Shown here piece after piece: positions 8,695-18,620 of a stretch of 33,592 nucleotides of DNA (within the stretch, counting starts at the first letter, position 1; each line of letters opens with the position of its first letter). The position numbers and the translations under genes were made by a program. The DNA lies in the IMG/VR virus record IMGVR_UViG_3300032243_000765, positions 1-33,592 of that record; one strand, given 5' to 3'. The notes under the pieces are model-generated. The model was not told where the DNA came from. It saw only the letters and a program-made list of their open reading frames with translations, and ran no database searches. The DNA is from a virus (lineage: Duplodnaviria; Caudoviricetes).

Positions 8695-9413
8695 GAGACC
8701 ATTTATTAGACCTAGTACAGCACACACATGACCTTGGCTGTATCGACTTGATCAAGATCACCGGTACCCATGCCGGCACTGCCATTAATGGTCTAGCCGA
8801 AGACAAAAGTGTAGTGGTAGAAGCCCATTTCCACAATCCAGTGACAGACTTTGTGGGCACATTTGGTATGCCCAACTTGGCCAAACTCAAGATTTTATTA
8901 AACTTGCAAGAGTATCGAGAAAATGCCAAAATTGCATTGACCAGAAACTCTGCAGGTGCACCTGACAACTTGAACTTTGAAAATGCCGACGGTGACTTCA
9001 AGAACAGTTACCGATTTATGGCAGACGCAATTGTGAATGAAAAACTCAAGACACTTAAATTTAAAACACCCACCTGGCACATTGAATTTGAACCCACAGT
9101 GGCTGCCATTCAACGACTACGCATGCAGGCACAGGCCAATGCCGAAGAGTCAACATTTACTGCCAAGACAGACAATGGAGACTTGAAGTTTTTCTTTGGT
9201 GACCACTCCACACATGCCGGTAACTTTGTGTTCCAACCCGGTGTTGCCGGACAACTCAAACGAGCATGGGCTTGGCCAGTGACACAGGTATTGAGCATCA
9301 TGAGCCTGGTTGGTGACAAAACCATGCGTATCAGTGATGATGGCGCCATGCAGATCACCGTGGATTCTGGCCTGGCTGTTTACAACTATATTCTTCCAGC
9401 ACAAAGCAAGTGA
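8691..9413 (+). CDS. Probable DNA polymerase sliding clamp (gp45/PCNA-like)
   Basis: 240 aa two-domain alpha/beta pattern ending MRISDDGAMQITVDSGLAVYNYILPA. Size and position after the polymerase fit a clamp. SD AAGGA. Confidence 0.55.
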   Translation: MRDHLLDLVQHTHDLGCIDLIKITGTHAGTAINGLAEDKSVVVEAHFHNPVTDFVGTFGMPNLAKLKILLNLQEYRENAKIALTRNSAGAPDNLNFENADGDFKNSYRFMADAIVNEKLKTLKFKTPTWHIEFEPTVAAIQRLRMQAQANAEESTFTAKTDNGDLKFFFGDHSTHAGNFVFQPGVAGQLKRAWAWPVTQVLSIMSLVGDKTMRISDDGAMQITVDSGLAVYNYILPAQSK

Positions 9414-10084
9414 TAACACAATTGGCATCAAGAGGTTATGGATATGGTTCGGGTGTGCTCAGCCCGACTCAGGATCGCTTCCTGATAAACATACCCAAAA
9501 ATGCCAGTAGTTACATGCTGGACTGGACCAATCGTCATGGTTGGACCAGTGTGGTGATTGACAACACGTCGCCGTTGGGCGATAGTATTCAAGAGATGAT
9601 TGTTTGTGTTAGAGATCCTGTTCAACGTTGGATATCAGGTGTGGGACAGTACTTGACCAGTTATGTGTTGAATGTGACTGGTGCGTACAGTTGGGAAACT
9701 GGCCCTGGTCCAGATGATCAACAGATATCTGCGGATGACTTTGTAGCAGACTACAATCAAGTGGTCGAGCGTTTGTTGTTTGATAATCTTTCAAGATTGG
9801 ATGATCATGTTTGGCCGCAGACGGAATTTTTCGAAAATCTCTTGCCCTCAGTTCCTAGAAAATTCTTTTACATAGATCAAGACTTTGATCAACGTATCGG
9901 TGAGTATCTTGGGTTTGATCCTATATCTAATCTAGATGGCAATCGTGCTGATTCTAATCCTGACACACACAAAATTCAAACATTTATTCGACATCGTCTA
10001 AATACTAGACCCGAACTAGAGCAAAGAGTACGCAAGGCCTATGTTCGGGACTATGATCTAATTAAACAAGTATTCACTAAATGA
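9410..10084 (+). CDS. Sulfotransferase family protein
   Basis: PAPS-binding-like motifs INIPKNASS and VRDPVQRWISG, plus DHVWPQ and YVRDYDL. Confidence 0.75.
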   Translation: MITQLASRGYGYGSGVLSPTQDRFLINIPKNASSYMLDWTNRHGWTSVVIDNTSPLGDSIQEMIVCVRDPVQRWISGVGQYLTSYVLNVTGAYSWETGPGPDDQQISADDFVADYNQVVERLLFDNLSRLDDHVWPQTEFFENLLPSVPRKFFYIDQDFDQRIGEYLGFDPISNLDGNRADSNPDTHKIQTFIRHRLNTRPELEQRVRKAYVRDYDLIKQVFTK

Positions 10085-11631
10085 CCGAACAAGACAACTT
10101 AACCGCCAAGCAACTGGACTATGCTGTGTTCCTGCCAGCCATATCAGGTTTTTACGCCACCTTTGTGGGCAAGCAACGTGATCCCGTGAATGGTCCCTAT
10201 GTGGATCCTGCACGTATGCCTGCTGGTATCCAAGACATGGAAATGATGAACTGGCTTCATAGTCAAAAGGGATTGTTTCCATACAAATGGAGCCTGTATT
10301 CAGGTGGTCATGCCAACTTGGATTTGACCAAACAAGACTGGTCAGAGGACATGGTTCGCAATCGAGATCCCAATACTGTGTTGCTGGGTGACTCAGGTGG
10401 ATTCCAGATTGCCAAAGGCTTGTGGGAAGGCGACTGGAGGGCCAATTCAGGATGTGCCAAAGCACAAAAGAAACGTTCACAAGTGTTGACTTGGTTAGAC
10501 TCAATTAGCACATACGGTATGGGTCTTGATATTCCTACTTGGGTCATACACGACAAAAAAGCGTCGGACGCTTGTCAGATCAAAACCTTGGACCAAGCAG
10601 TTGCGGCCACCAAATACAACAATGAATATTTTATCAAACACCGTCGGGGCAAGGATGCAGGCGGTGCCAAGTTCTTGAATGTGCTACAAGGTGACAATCA
10701 TCCCAATGCAGATGCATGGTACGAACTCATGAAAGAGTATTGTGATCCTGTCAAGTATCCTGGACGTCACTTTGATGGCTGGGGCATGGGCGGACAAAAC
10801 ATGTGTGATGTTCATTTGGTGCTCCGGAGACTGGTAGCACTACGTCATGACGGTCTGCTACAAGAAGGCCTGCATGATTGGATGCACTTCTTGGGCACAT
10901 CAAAGTTGGAATGGGCTGTGCTACTCACCGTGATCCAAAGGGCAGTTAGAAAGTATGTTAATCCATCCTTTACTATTTCCTTTGATTGTGCCAGTCCATT
11001 CCTCGCTACTGCCAACGGGCAAGTGTATCATCACATTGACTTGCCGCACAACGACAAATGGTGTTATAGAATGAGTCCTATTGTGGATGATAAAAAGTAC
11101 GCCGCAGATACTAGACCATATGGACAGGCTGTGGTAGCAGACGGCTTGATCGATCACTTTGATGAGTCGCCTATTAGTCGTCAACTGCAAATGAAAGATA
11201 TCTGTATCTACAAACCCGGTGACCTAAACAAGATTGGTAAAGAAGGCAAGACTTCGTGGGATTCATTCTCATATGCTTTGTTAATGGGTCATAATGTTTG
11301 GACACATTTGGAAGCAGTCCAACGTGCTAACCGCACATATGATTCGGGTTCATGGCCAGCCATGATGTGGAACCAAGGTACCAAAGGTCGTACTGGAGAT
11401 CACGCACACTTCCGTGACATTGTTGATGCTATCTTTGCCACATCAGACCGTGCGGAATCAGAAGCCATTATCGAACACTATTCAAGATATTGGATGGACA
11501 TTGTGGGCACTAGAGGATTCAAAGGTGACAAGACCATCAGTGCCAGACCACAGTTCAGTATGTTTTTTGAAGAAGATGAAGACACCGACTCGGATGAGTT
11601 AGATGCTGATAAACTTGAAGCATTAGAATAG
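10081..11631 (+). CDS. dpdA: tRNA-guanine transglycosylase-like protein (DpdA-like 7-deazaguanine transglycosylase)
   Basis: TGT motifs GDSGGFQ, LDIP, NVLQG, GWGMGG, HFLGT and SFDCAS; co-located with folE, queD and queE in a phage replication region. Confidence 0.82.
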   Translation: MTEQDNLTAKQLDYAVFLPAISGFYATFVGKQRDPVNGPYVDPARMPAGIQDMEMMNWLHSQKGLFPYKWSLYSGGHANLDLTKQDWSEDMVRNRDPNTVLLGDSGGFQIAKGLWEGDWRANSGCAKAQKKRSQVLTWLDSISTYGMGLDIPTWVIHDKKASDACQIKTLDQAVAATKYNNEYFIKHRRGKDAGGAKFLNVLQGDNHPNADAWYELMKEYCDPVKYPGRHFDGWGMGGQNMCDVHLVLRRLVALRHDGLLQEGLHDWMHFLGTSKLEWAVLLTVIQRAVRKYVNPSFTISFDCASPFLATANGQVYHHIDLPHNDKWCYRMSPIVDDKKYAADTRPYGQAVVADGLIDHFDESPISRQLQMKDICIYKPGDLNKIGKEGKTSWDSFSYALLMGHNVWTHLEAVQRANRTYDSGSWPAMMWNQGTKGRTGDHAHFRDIVDAIFATSDRAESEAIIEHYSRYWMDIVGTRGFKGDKTISARPQFSMFFEEDEDTDSDELDADKLEALE

Positions 11632-11632
11632 C

Positions 11633-12556
11633 ATGTCTATATTATACACCAATGCGCAGAGACAGCAGTATACTGATCGTGATCCAGGCTCGCCTTATTG
11701 GTCAGATTACGTTAAAACTGATGCAAATTATTTGTTAGAAAAAAAATATAATAGATCAAAATTAGTAATTTGCTATGGTGATAGTTGGACCTGGGGAGAT
11801 AGTCTTGGAAATACTAGTGCGGCCACTGGAGTAGATGATATTGAATTTAGATCCAACAACGTTTACGGCAATTGGTTAGCAAACAATATTGATGCAGATT
11901 TTGTCAACTGTGCTATTCCTGGAATTTATAATTTTTGGATACACGATCGTTTGCAAATTTTGTTAAATCATGACATACAAAGACTTAGTGAACAATATGA
12001 AAAAATAGTCATTGTAGTTACATTAACTGAACTTGGTAGAGATTTCGGGTTTGACAAATACAAACAAGAATTCAATAATTTTTATAATTGGAACGCCAGC
12101 GACTCGGTAGAAGAAATACTGATTCAGGCAGAACGATTTGATTTTTTAAAACTCAAAGACGTTCAAACTAAATTACCCGGTAATTGTAATATGTTGATAG
12201 GAAGAAATTTTACAAATACATTTGACCAAAATCAAGATATCGTTGATAATCTACTGCCTAAAAATTGGACACAAGTTATGTTTGAAGCGCAAGGATTTGA
12301 TCACGACACCAATGTACGCATGATGAGTTTTGGTATTAAAGAGTTCGATAAATTTATTGTCAAAGAAAAATTGGATTCAATTGAATACAAACAATGGATG
12401 GGCTCTGTTATTTTACCTTTAGGGAAAAAACAGATTGACCTATTAGAACAAAGCCAGTATAATTATAAAAAGGCTACCAAACACCCTACTCCACAGGGAC
12501 ATAAATTGTGGGCGGATTATTTGTTAAACTATATTAATCAAAAGCAATACATATGA
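11633..12556 (+). CDS. SGNH/GDSL hydrolase-like protein
   Basis: YGDSWTWG block I and C-terminal HPTPQGHKLWA; AT-rich. Confidence 0.7.
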   Translation: MSILYTNAQRQQYTDRDPGSPYWSDYVKTDANYLLEKKYNRSKLVICYGDSWTWGDSLGNTSAATGVDDIEFRSNNVYGNWLANNIDADFVNCAIPGIYNFWIHDRLQILLNHDIQRLSEQYEKIVIVVTLTELGRDFGFDKYKQEFNNFYNWNASDSVEEILIQAERFDFLKLKDVQTKLPGNCNMLIGRNFTNTFDQNQDIVDNLLPKNWTQVMFEAQGFDHDTNVRMMSFGIKEFDKFIVKEKLDSIEYKQWMGSVILPLGKKQIDLLEQSQYNYKKATKHPTPQGHKLWADYLLNYINQKQYI

Positions 12557-13080
12557 ATAGACAAGGACATGAAAATACCAACTTTTTTGTTGGCACCGAA
12601 GTTGAGCGCACACCTGCATTTGGACGACGCACCCTGTTTGTTGTGGGTGTTCAACCCATAACTGAAATTGTTAGACTGCTCGCCGAAAACAATGCATATC
12701 TGGATCGGTCCAAGCACATTGGGCACATCTTCTTTGGTGCCAATCACAGTTTCCATCCTGCCAACAGACTGGAATGGCAACGTTGGGAAAGCATGATTGA
12801 ACCGTTCTTGCGTGATGGGCACTTGTGTAGTTTGGACATTCCGATCACGCATGTGGACGAGTTTCATGATGGTCCACTTTGTGACTACAGAAACTTCATC
12901 CCACAGATTCGAGTAAGTCTACCGTATACAAAGTTGTGGAATTATAATACAATGTTAAAAATAGACGACAAGGACTTTGACGCTACTAATCCTGGTGTTT
13001 GGTGTCACAGTTTACAGAGTCTAATGAGCCGTGACACATTCACATCATGGGATGACTATCGTGAGGATTCGATAATCTAA
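12553..13080 (+). CDS. Hypothetical phage protein in the deazaguanine cluster
   Basis: 175 aa, composition like the core genes, motifs HIFFGANHSF and KIDDKDFDATNPGVWCH; function not recognised. Confidence 0.65.
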   Translation: MNRQGHENTNFFVGTEVERTPAFGRRTLFVVGVQPITEIVRLLAENNAYLDRSKHIGHIFFGANHSFHPANRLEWQRWESMIEPFLRDGHLCSLDIPITHVDEFHDGPLCDYRNFIPQIRVSLPYTKLWNYNTMLKIDDKDFDATNPGVWCHSLQSLMSRDTFTSWDDYREDSII

Positions 13081-13478
13081 TGAATCAATATCCCGCAATC
13101 ATGGGCGCCTCAGTTCAGCCCAAACAACATAGACGTAACAAGATCTACGGCACCACTACCGCAGTCAAAACAGTAAGAAAACACCAAACAAAAGGACCCA
13201 ATATGTTTAAACGAATGATCAAAGGCTTGGTCACATGGAGCACGACCGATCACCATGATCGAGAAGAAGTTGCCATCTCATCAGATCATGAATACAGAAT
13301 CGGTGCCACTGGCATCAAGTTCGAAGTGTATCGTGCCAATGGTGGCACAGTGATTGAGACTCGCAGACCTGATCGCCGCACAGGTGACAACATATATGAA
13401 CTGCATGTGGTTGCTGGAGATCAAGACATTGGGCAAGAAATAGGTCGTATTATTACCATGGAAGCATTGAAAGCATGA
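13080..13478 (+). CDS. Hypothetical protein
   Basis: 132 aa, coupled by TAATG/ATGA overlaps. An alternative start at MFKRMIK (13203) follows AAGGA. Confidence 0.6.
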   Translation: MNQYPAIMGASVQPKQHRRNKIYGTTTAVKTVRKHQTKGPNMFKRMIKGLVTWSTTDHHDREEVAISSDHEYRIGATGIKFEVYRANGGTVIETRRPDRRTGDNIYELHVVAGDQDIGQEIGRIITMEALKA

Positions 13479-14209
13479 CCCAGGCATGCGCAAGCACTGA
13501 CAAGATCTGGCCTAGAAAAGTTATAGGGGAGAGTAACCCACAATGTCAGTATGAAACATTGTTAGATCCAATAAAAGATATTTTTGTTGGAAACTCGGTG
13601 TTAGATGTAGGATGTTACACTGGTTATAGTACTGATCTAATTAAAAAATATCATGCTGTGCGGTGCACCGGGCTTGACCTAGTAGAAGAATTTATTGACA
13701 CAGCCAAGGAATCGTTTGAACAGCAAGATGTACAATTTTTATGTGGGAGTTTGAGTGATCTCGAATTAGTCAAACAACTGGTTAAAGAACACAACGTGGT
13801 TACTTCATTTGGTAATTTTTATCACATGTATAATCATTTTGATTTGATCAAATTATTTTGCCAACCACATGTTAAATATCTGGTGCTAGATTCAATATAT
13901 GGTCCAGAATCGGCTGATCCAGGAATGTTTTGGACTTTTCAACAAATTATTAGACAAAAAAAAGAAATTATTGCAAAAGGAACTCCAAACATCAGTTGGA
14001 TCATGCAGGCCTGCAAATGTTTTGGGTTTAAATTAGACTATGTACACCGCTATTACTCAAGAACAGATTGGAACAACATAGAAGACTTCAACGCCAATAT
14101 GAGAATGACCATGCGATTTTTTAATTCAAACATAATTGATAAAACAACATATTTTGAAATCGATGATGTTTGGCCATGGTCCAACGAATTTTTAATACAA
14201 AAGGTATAA
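13475..14209 (+). CDS. Class I SAM-dependent methyltransferase
   Basis: Motif I VLDVGCYTG, GLD, and FGNFYH. Confidence 0.8.
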   Translation: MTQACASTDKIWPRKVIGESNPQCQYETLLDPIKDIFVGNSVLDVGCYTGYSTDLIKKYHAVRCTGLDLVEEFIDTAKESFEQQDVQFLCGSLSDLELVKQLVKEHNVVTSFGNFYHMYNHFDLIKLFCQPHVKYLVLDSIYGPESADPGMFWTFQQIIRQKKEIIAKGTPNISWIMQACKCFGFKLDYVHRYYSRTDWNNIEDFNANMRMTMRFFNSNIIDKTTYFEIDDVWPWSNEFLIQKV

Positions 14210-14210
14210 C

Positions 14211-14654
14211 ATGATCCATGAACAACGCTTAATCATAGAAAGAATCAAACAAGCCGCAGATCGCAAGATCTGGGTCACATTCCGCAAAGAAGGAATCCAC
14301 TGTTACCCAGCCGCGGCAACTGATCCTGCATTGGCCACAGGTGATGAATATGATGTGAGTTTCCTTGGAACACCACATCGTCACATATTCCACTTTAGAG
14401 TCTGGATTGATGTGCTACACAACGACCGCGACATTGAGTTTATTCAATTCAAACGCTGGTTAGAAAATTTATACAAGGACGGCATCCTGCAACTGGACTA
14501 CAAGAGTTGCGAAATGATGGCCGATGATTTGTATATCCAAATTGCTGGTCGATATCCTGACCGTGCAGTATGGATTGAGGTGGCCGAAGATGGTGAGAAC
14601 GGCGCCTTGATCAAGTATGAACTTTCTCGCCCTAGTCTGTCAATTAAAATTTAA
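14211..14654 (+). CDS. dpdL: QueD-like T-fold protein (DpdL-like, putative CDG decarboxylase)
   Basis: LGTPHRHIFHF fits the LxxxHRHxF signature I recall for DpdL; also DIEFIQFKRWLE and SCEMMA. A separate canonical QueD lies at 25866. Confidence 0.6.
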   Translation: MIHEQRLIIERIKQAADRKIWVTFRKEGIHCYPAAATDPALATGDEYDVSFLGTPHRHIFHFRVWIDVLHNDRDIEFIQFKRWLENLYKDGILQLDYKSCEMMADDLYIQIAGRYPDRAVWIEVAEDGENGALIKYELSRPSLSIKI

Positions 14655-14664
14655 GGAAAATAAA

Positions 14665-14886
14665 ATGGCCAAGCCACAAATCAAACACAATCCCTGCACT
14701 CAACAAGTATGGGAGGATTTGGATCGCTATCGCGAGTTTGTACAAGACTATGGATATCGCTTTAACGAAGCGGACTTGTATAACTTCCGCAGTTATGCAT
14801 TCCAACAATTCAACAAGCATGTGCAGGGCAAGACTGCCAAGAACATGTGGGACGAAGACACACGTCGTTTTGCTTCAAGGTTCTAA
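14665..14886 (+). CDS. Small hypothetical protein
   Basis: Start moved to ATG 14665 (MAKPQIKHN) behind SD AAGGA; 73 aa. Confidence 0.65.
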   Translation: MAKPQIKHNPCTQQVWEDLDRYREFVQDYGYRFNEADLYNFRSYAFQQFNKHVQGKTAKNMWDEDTRRFASRF

Positions 14887-14899
14887 TTTCGGTCGAAGC

Positions 14900-15787
14900 A
14901 TGGTATATGTATTTTTTGTGCCTGGCATGTTTGGAAGTACCATAGAATATGTGCTGAGAAATTACACAAAAGAACTCGATCCTGTGTACGGCAAAATTCT
15001 TGATGATGGAAGTCTCCATTCATTTAAAAAACAAGCACATGTGGCACATATATCGGATTTAAACAGTTTATCTGAGCACATACTGGATCTTGACAATAAT
15101 ATATCTGTTATAACTCAAACATATCCATTTCAACAAACTCGTCTTCCTGAGATACTGTCAATGGCAAAATCTGTCATAACTGAAAATGATCAGTGTATTT
15201 TGCTCTATGCAGACAGTGTTGCTGGCGCAGAGTTGAATATGTTATTTCAATATCATAAAATTTGTGTTGGCCTAAATAAAACTTTGGATATTTTTTGTTT
15301 GGGTAACAGTCACAACATTGTGAATTGGAACAAGAATTATCAACATTGGAAAGACATGCAACCCTGGGAACTACGTGAGTGGTTCAGTATGTTTTACATA
15401 GACTGGATACAAGAATGGATCGATAGTCAAGCACAAGTTCCTGCAAACTGGTTAAAAATATCCAATGTTGATTTTTTAAATAATCCTGACGAAGCCATTG
15501 ATCAAATTATTCAGTTTTGTGGACTTACCGAAAAACCTGAGATAGAACAATTTTTTCAGGAATGGAAACAAAAACAACAATATGTAATTGACGAAATGTC
15601 ATTGATCAATCATATTTCAAAATCCACTGTTAAACAAGTTTGGTTTGCTTGGGAGCCACTCAACATCATAGCAGAAAGCATGATACAGCAGAAATTGCAA
15701 TCTCAAGGTTACAAAATACGCTGTGATGGGTTAAACACTTTTCCCACAGACACTGAAACACTTTACAATCTACTAGAAAAATGTTAA
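14900..15787 (+). CDS. Hypothetical protein, sulfotransferase/P-loop-like
   Basis: Likely start MVYVFFVPGMFGST at 14900. C-terminal LKISNVDFLNNPDEAIDQIIQFCGL resembles sulfotransferase folds. Confidence 0.55.
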   Translation: MVYVFFVPGMFGSTIEYVLRNYTKELDPVYGKILDDGSLHSFKKQAHVAHISDLNSLSEHILDLDNNISVITQTYPFQQTRLPEILSMAKSVITENDQCILLYADSVAGAELNMLFQYHKICVGLNKTLDIFCLGNSHNIVNWNKNYQHWKDMQPWELREWFSMFYIDWIQEWIDSQAQVPANWLKISNVDFLNNPDEAIDQIIQFCGLTEKPEIEQFFQEWKQKQQYVIDEMSLINHISKSTVKQVWFAWEPLNIIAESMIQQKLQSQGYKIRCDGLNTFPTDTETLYNLLEKC

Positions 15788-15788
15788 A

Positions 15789-16490
15789 ATGAGCATTATG
15801 AATTTAGAATCTCAAATACAAAAGTTCTACGGAGAAATCAAGTTTCCTGGAACGTATACCTTAGAAGATTTTGAAATTTACAAAGAACATTTGTTTAACC
15901 CATTTCTTGTGCAAATTGAGCAAGGAATAACAAAATGTAAAAGAGTATTAGATATAGGGTGTGGTAGCGGTATGATTGTAAATCTTTTGGCATATCGCAA
16001 TCCTAACATACAGTTTGATGCCGTGGATTTTTCTGACAGTATCGATTTTGCTCTTGATTTTAGTACCAAACATAAAATTCAAAATGTAAGATTTTATAAA
16101 ATGAACTTTTTTGAGTTTCAATCAAAATCTACATATGATGCTGTGATATGCAATGGTGTATTGCATCATATGCCAGATTATTTGAATGCAATCAAGCATA
16201 TCGATCATCTACTAGAAAAAAACGGTAGACTTGTGGTTGGCCTATATAATCCGTATGGAAAATTAGCAAAGAAACTATTTTCTATAAAGTATGTGAATCA
16301 AATCTTGTTCATGGATCAAGAAAGAGCACCATTTGAACTTACATTCAATTATAAACAGGTCAAATCTCTTTTTAAACAATACACTCTGGAAAAAGTATAT
16401 CCTAGTGTAATCGATCGACTGGTTGACTTGAGAAATATTTTCAACTATACTAATGGCGGGCTTACAATTTATACTTTTAGGAAAAATTAA
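15789..16490 (+). CDS. Class I SAM-dependent methyltransferase
   Basis: VLDIGCGSG, YDAVICNGVLHH and LLEKNGRLVV; very AT-rich. Confidence 0.85.
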   Translation: MSIMNLESQIQKFYGEIKFPGTYTLEDFEIYKEHLFNPFLVQIEQGITKCKRVLDIGCGSGMIVNLLAYRNPNIQFDAVDFSDSIDFALDFSTKHKIQNVRFYKMNFFEFQSKSTYDAVICNGVLHHMPDYLNAIKHIDHLLEKNGRLVVGLYNPYGKLAKKLFSIKYVNQILFMDQERAPFELTFNYKQVKSLFKQYTLEKVYPSVIDRLVDLRNIFNYTNGGLTIYTFRKN

Positions 16491-16494
16491 TATC

Positions 16495-17676
16495 ATGAGA
16501 AAACTATACTATATGGGGCTTGAAAGTTATCAAGGCCGTTACACACTACAACTAACAGAGTGGAACCGACGAGTGTTTGACCGCAGAGGTCTTGACGTTA
16601 TTTATGTTCCTGGCACCACGATCGACAACACACAGGCCATATCAGTTGGCCAAGTGTTGGATGCACATGGTCGCAGTTACTTTGGCATGAGCCAGATGAT
16701 GAATCTAGTTCAATTGATGAAGAATGGAGAAGTTACCAATGAAGATGTTATCTACTTTGAAGACATGTTTCAACCCGGAATCGAGAGCCTACCCTATATT
16801 CTTGATCAAGTTCCTGCTGATCAACGTCCCCGCGTATATGTTAGGTGTCTTGCTCAGTCCATTGATCCTGATGATTTCGTACATGTATGGGGTATGGCAA
16901 AATGGATGGGACTCTACGAACAAATGGTTAATGAGTTTGTTACAGGAGTTCTCGCCACGAACGAAGAGATGGTTGCTCATATGCGCATTGCTGGATGGAC
17001 TGCTCCTATATACAATATTAGTGGTCTAGCATTTGGCAAGGCAGAAGTACTGGAACGCATTGACGGCGCAGACAATCTAAAACCATTCCATGATCGTCAA
17101 CTACGTGTGGGCTTTGCCGCAAGATTTGACCAAGAGAAGCAACCAGGTTTCTTTATGGACTTGGCCGAACAGTATCAAAAGACTGACCCTAGCGTGAAGT
17201 TTGCTATCTTTCAAGGTGGTCCACTGAGATCAAACAATTCCGAGTATGTGGCTCGTGCCCGAGCCATGGCAGCCGCGGGCCTGTTGGAAATACATGAGAA
17301 CTTGACTAAAAATGAATACTATGCTCTTGTTAACGATACTCGTGTGCTGTTTAATTGTGCTTTACAAGATTGGGTTTCAAACACCGTATCAGAGGCCGAT
17401 ACTCTTGGATGTAATGTATTGTATCCAGCGTATCGCAGTTTCCCTGAGACCTTTGCTAATGACCCCGACCGTCTTTACGTACCATGGAGCATGACAGATG
17501 TCATGAACAAGTTGGATCCGCTGTTGGTTACCCCGCACACCAAGATGGGTCGTATCAGTGACTGGAATGACGGTACTGTGGATCGCATTGTGGATATTCT
17601 TCAAGGACAGGGCGAGCAGTGGAATCGTTCGGGCAACAGATATCGTGATCATGTAGCAGGAGCCAAATACCAATGA
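16495..17676 (+). CDS. GT-B fold glycosyltransferase (GT4-like)
   Basis: Start MRKLYYMG at 16495. GFAARFDQEKQP and LFNCALQDWVSNTVSEADTLGCNVLYP match the GT-B donor-binding region. Coupled to galE. Confidence 0.75.
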   Translation: MRKLYYMGLESYQGRYTLQLTEWNRRVFDRRGLDVIYVPGTTIDNTQAISVGQVLDAHGRSYFGMSQMMNLVQLMKNGEVTNEDVIYFEDMFQPGIESLPYILDQVPADQRPRVYVRCLAQSIDPDDFVHVWGMAKWMGLYEQMVNEFVTGVLATNEEMVAHMRIAGWTAPIYNISGLAFGKAEVLERIDGADNLKPFHDRQLRVGFAARFDQEKQPGFFMDLAEQYQKTDPSVKFAIFQGGPLRSNNSEYVARARAMAAAGLLEIHENLTKNEYYALVNDTRVLFNCALQDWVSNTVSEADTLGCNVLYPAYRSFPETFANDPDRLYVPWSMTDVMNKLDPLLVTPHTKMGRISDWNDGTVDRIVDILQGQGEQWNRSGNRYRDHVAGAKYQ

Positions 17677-18620
17677 ACATCATAGTAACCGGATCAGCAG
17701 GCTACATTGGTGGCCAAATCATGTTGCAGTTGAAAGACGCAGGGCATACTGTATATGGAATCGATCGACAACAGCCACCCCGACACTTGTTGGGAGTGTG
17801 CGATAAATTCTTGTTACAAGACTTTGCGTCAGATGTGGCCTTGAGTTACATTATTAGTAAACAACCTGATGCTATTATTCATTGTGCTGGCACAAGTCTT
17901 GTGGGTCCTAGTATGCAGAATCCCAGTGACTATTACAACAACAATGTGGTCAAGACTCTAAAGTTGTTGGACATTGTTAAAAACAGTCTGCCTCAAACAA
18001 GATTTATCTTTAGTAGCAGTGCTGCCACATATGGTGAACCTATCATGACTCCGTGTCAGGAAGTGGATCCTTGTGAACCTGTTAGTCCTTATGGCCAAAG
18101 CAAACTCATGGTGGAACAGATCTTGGCCAGTCACAATCGAGCATATGGTCTAGACTATGTGGCATTCCGTTACTTCAATGCCTGCGGTGCCGACAGTCAA
18201 GGCAGACATGGACAAGCACCTGGTGCCACACACATCATTGCTCGTGTGCTAGAAAGCATTAGAGATCAAAAAGAATTTGTGTTGAATGGAGATGATTTCC
18301 CAACAGTGGATGGTACTTGTGTGCGTGACTACGTGCATGTGGAAGATATCGCAGGTGCTCATGTGCTGGCCTTGGATCGAAAAATAGAACCAGGCGTGTA
18401 CAATCTTGGTTCTAACATGGGCACAAGCAATCGAGGCATTATCGAAGCCGCACTGGATGAAACACAAAGGCCATTGAATGTTGTAGTTGGCGCTCGTCGT
18501 GAGGGCGATCCTGCTGTGTTAACAGCCAGTGATGCAAAATTTGCATCCGTTGTAGGCAAGTGGCGTCATTACATACTAGATGATATAATTCGTCACACAT
18601 GGTCTTGGTATGTTCGATAG
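17673..18620 (+). CDS. galE: UDP-glucose 4-epimerase
   Basis: TGSAGYIG, FSSSAATYG, YGQSK (YxxxK), RYFNACGA and DGTCVRDYVHV. Confidence 0.9.
   Translation: MNIIVTGSAGYIGGQIMLQLKDAGHTVYGIDRQQPPRHLLGVCDKFLLQDFASDVALSYIISKQPDAIIHCAGTSLVGPSMQNPSDYYNNNVVKTLKLLDIVKNSLPQTRFIFSSSAATYGEPIMTPCQEVDPCEPVSPYGQSKLMVEQILASHNRAYGLDYVAFRYFNACGADSQGRHGQAPGATHIIARVLESIRDQKEFVLNGDDFPTVDGTCVRDYVHVEDIAGAHVLALDRKIEPGVYNLGSNMGTSNRGIIEAALDETQRPLNVVVGARREGDPAVLTASDAKFASVVGKWRHYILDDIIRHTWSWYVR

Noticed and set aside
10081-11631. Ordinary bacterial tgt / queuosine tRNA pathway
   Set aside because: The protein is long and divergent, lacks the evident C-x-C-x-x-C zinc motif of bacterial TGT, has no queA or queF nearby and sits beside phage replication genes. 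DNA modification is more likely, though unproven.
14738-14899. N-terminal extension of ORF 14738-15787 as called by the track
   Set aside because: It overlaps the SD-supported ORF 14665-14886; the family-like motif begins at ATG 14900.
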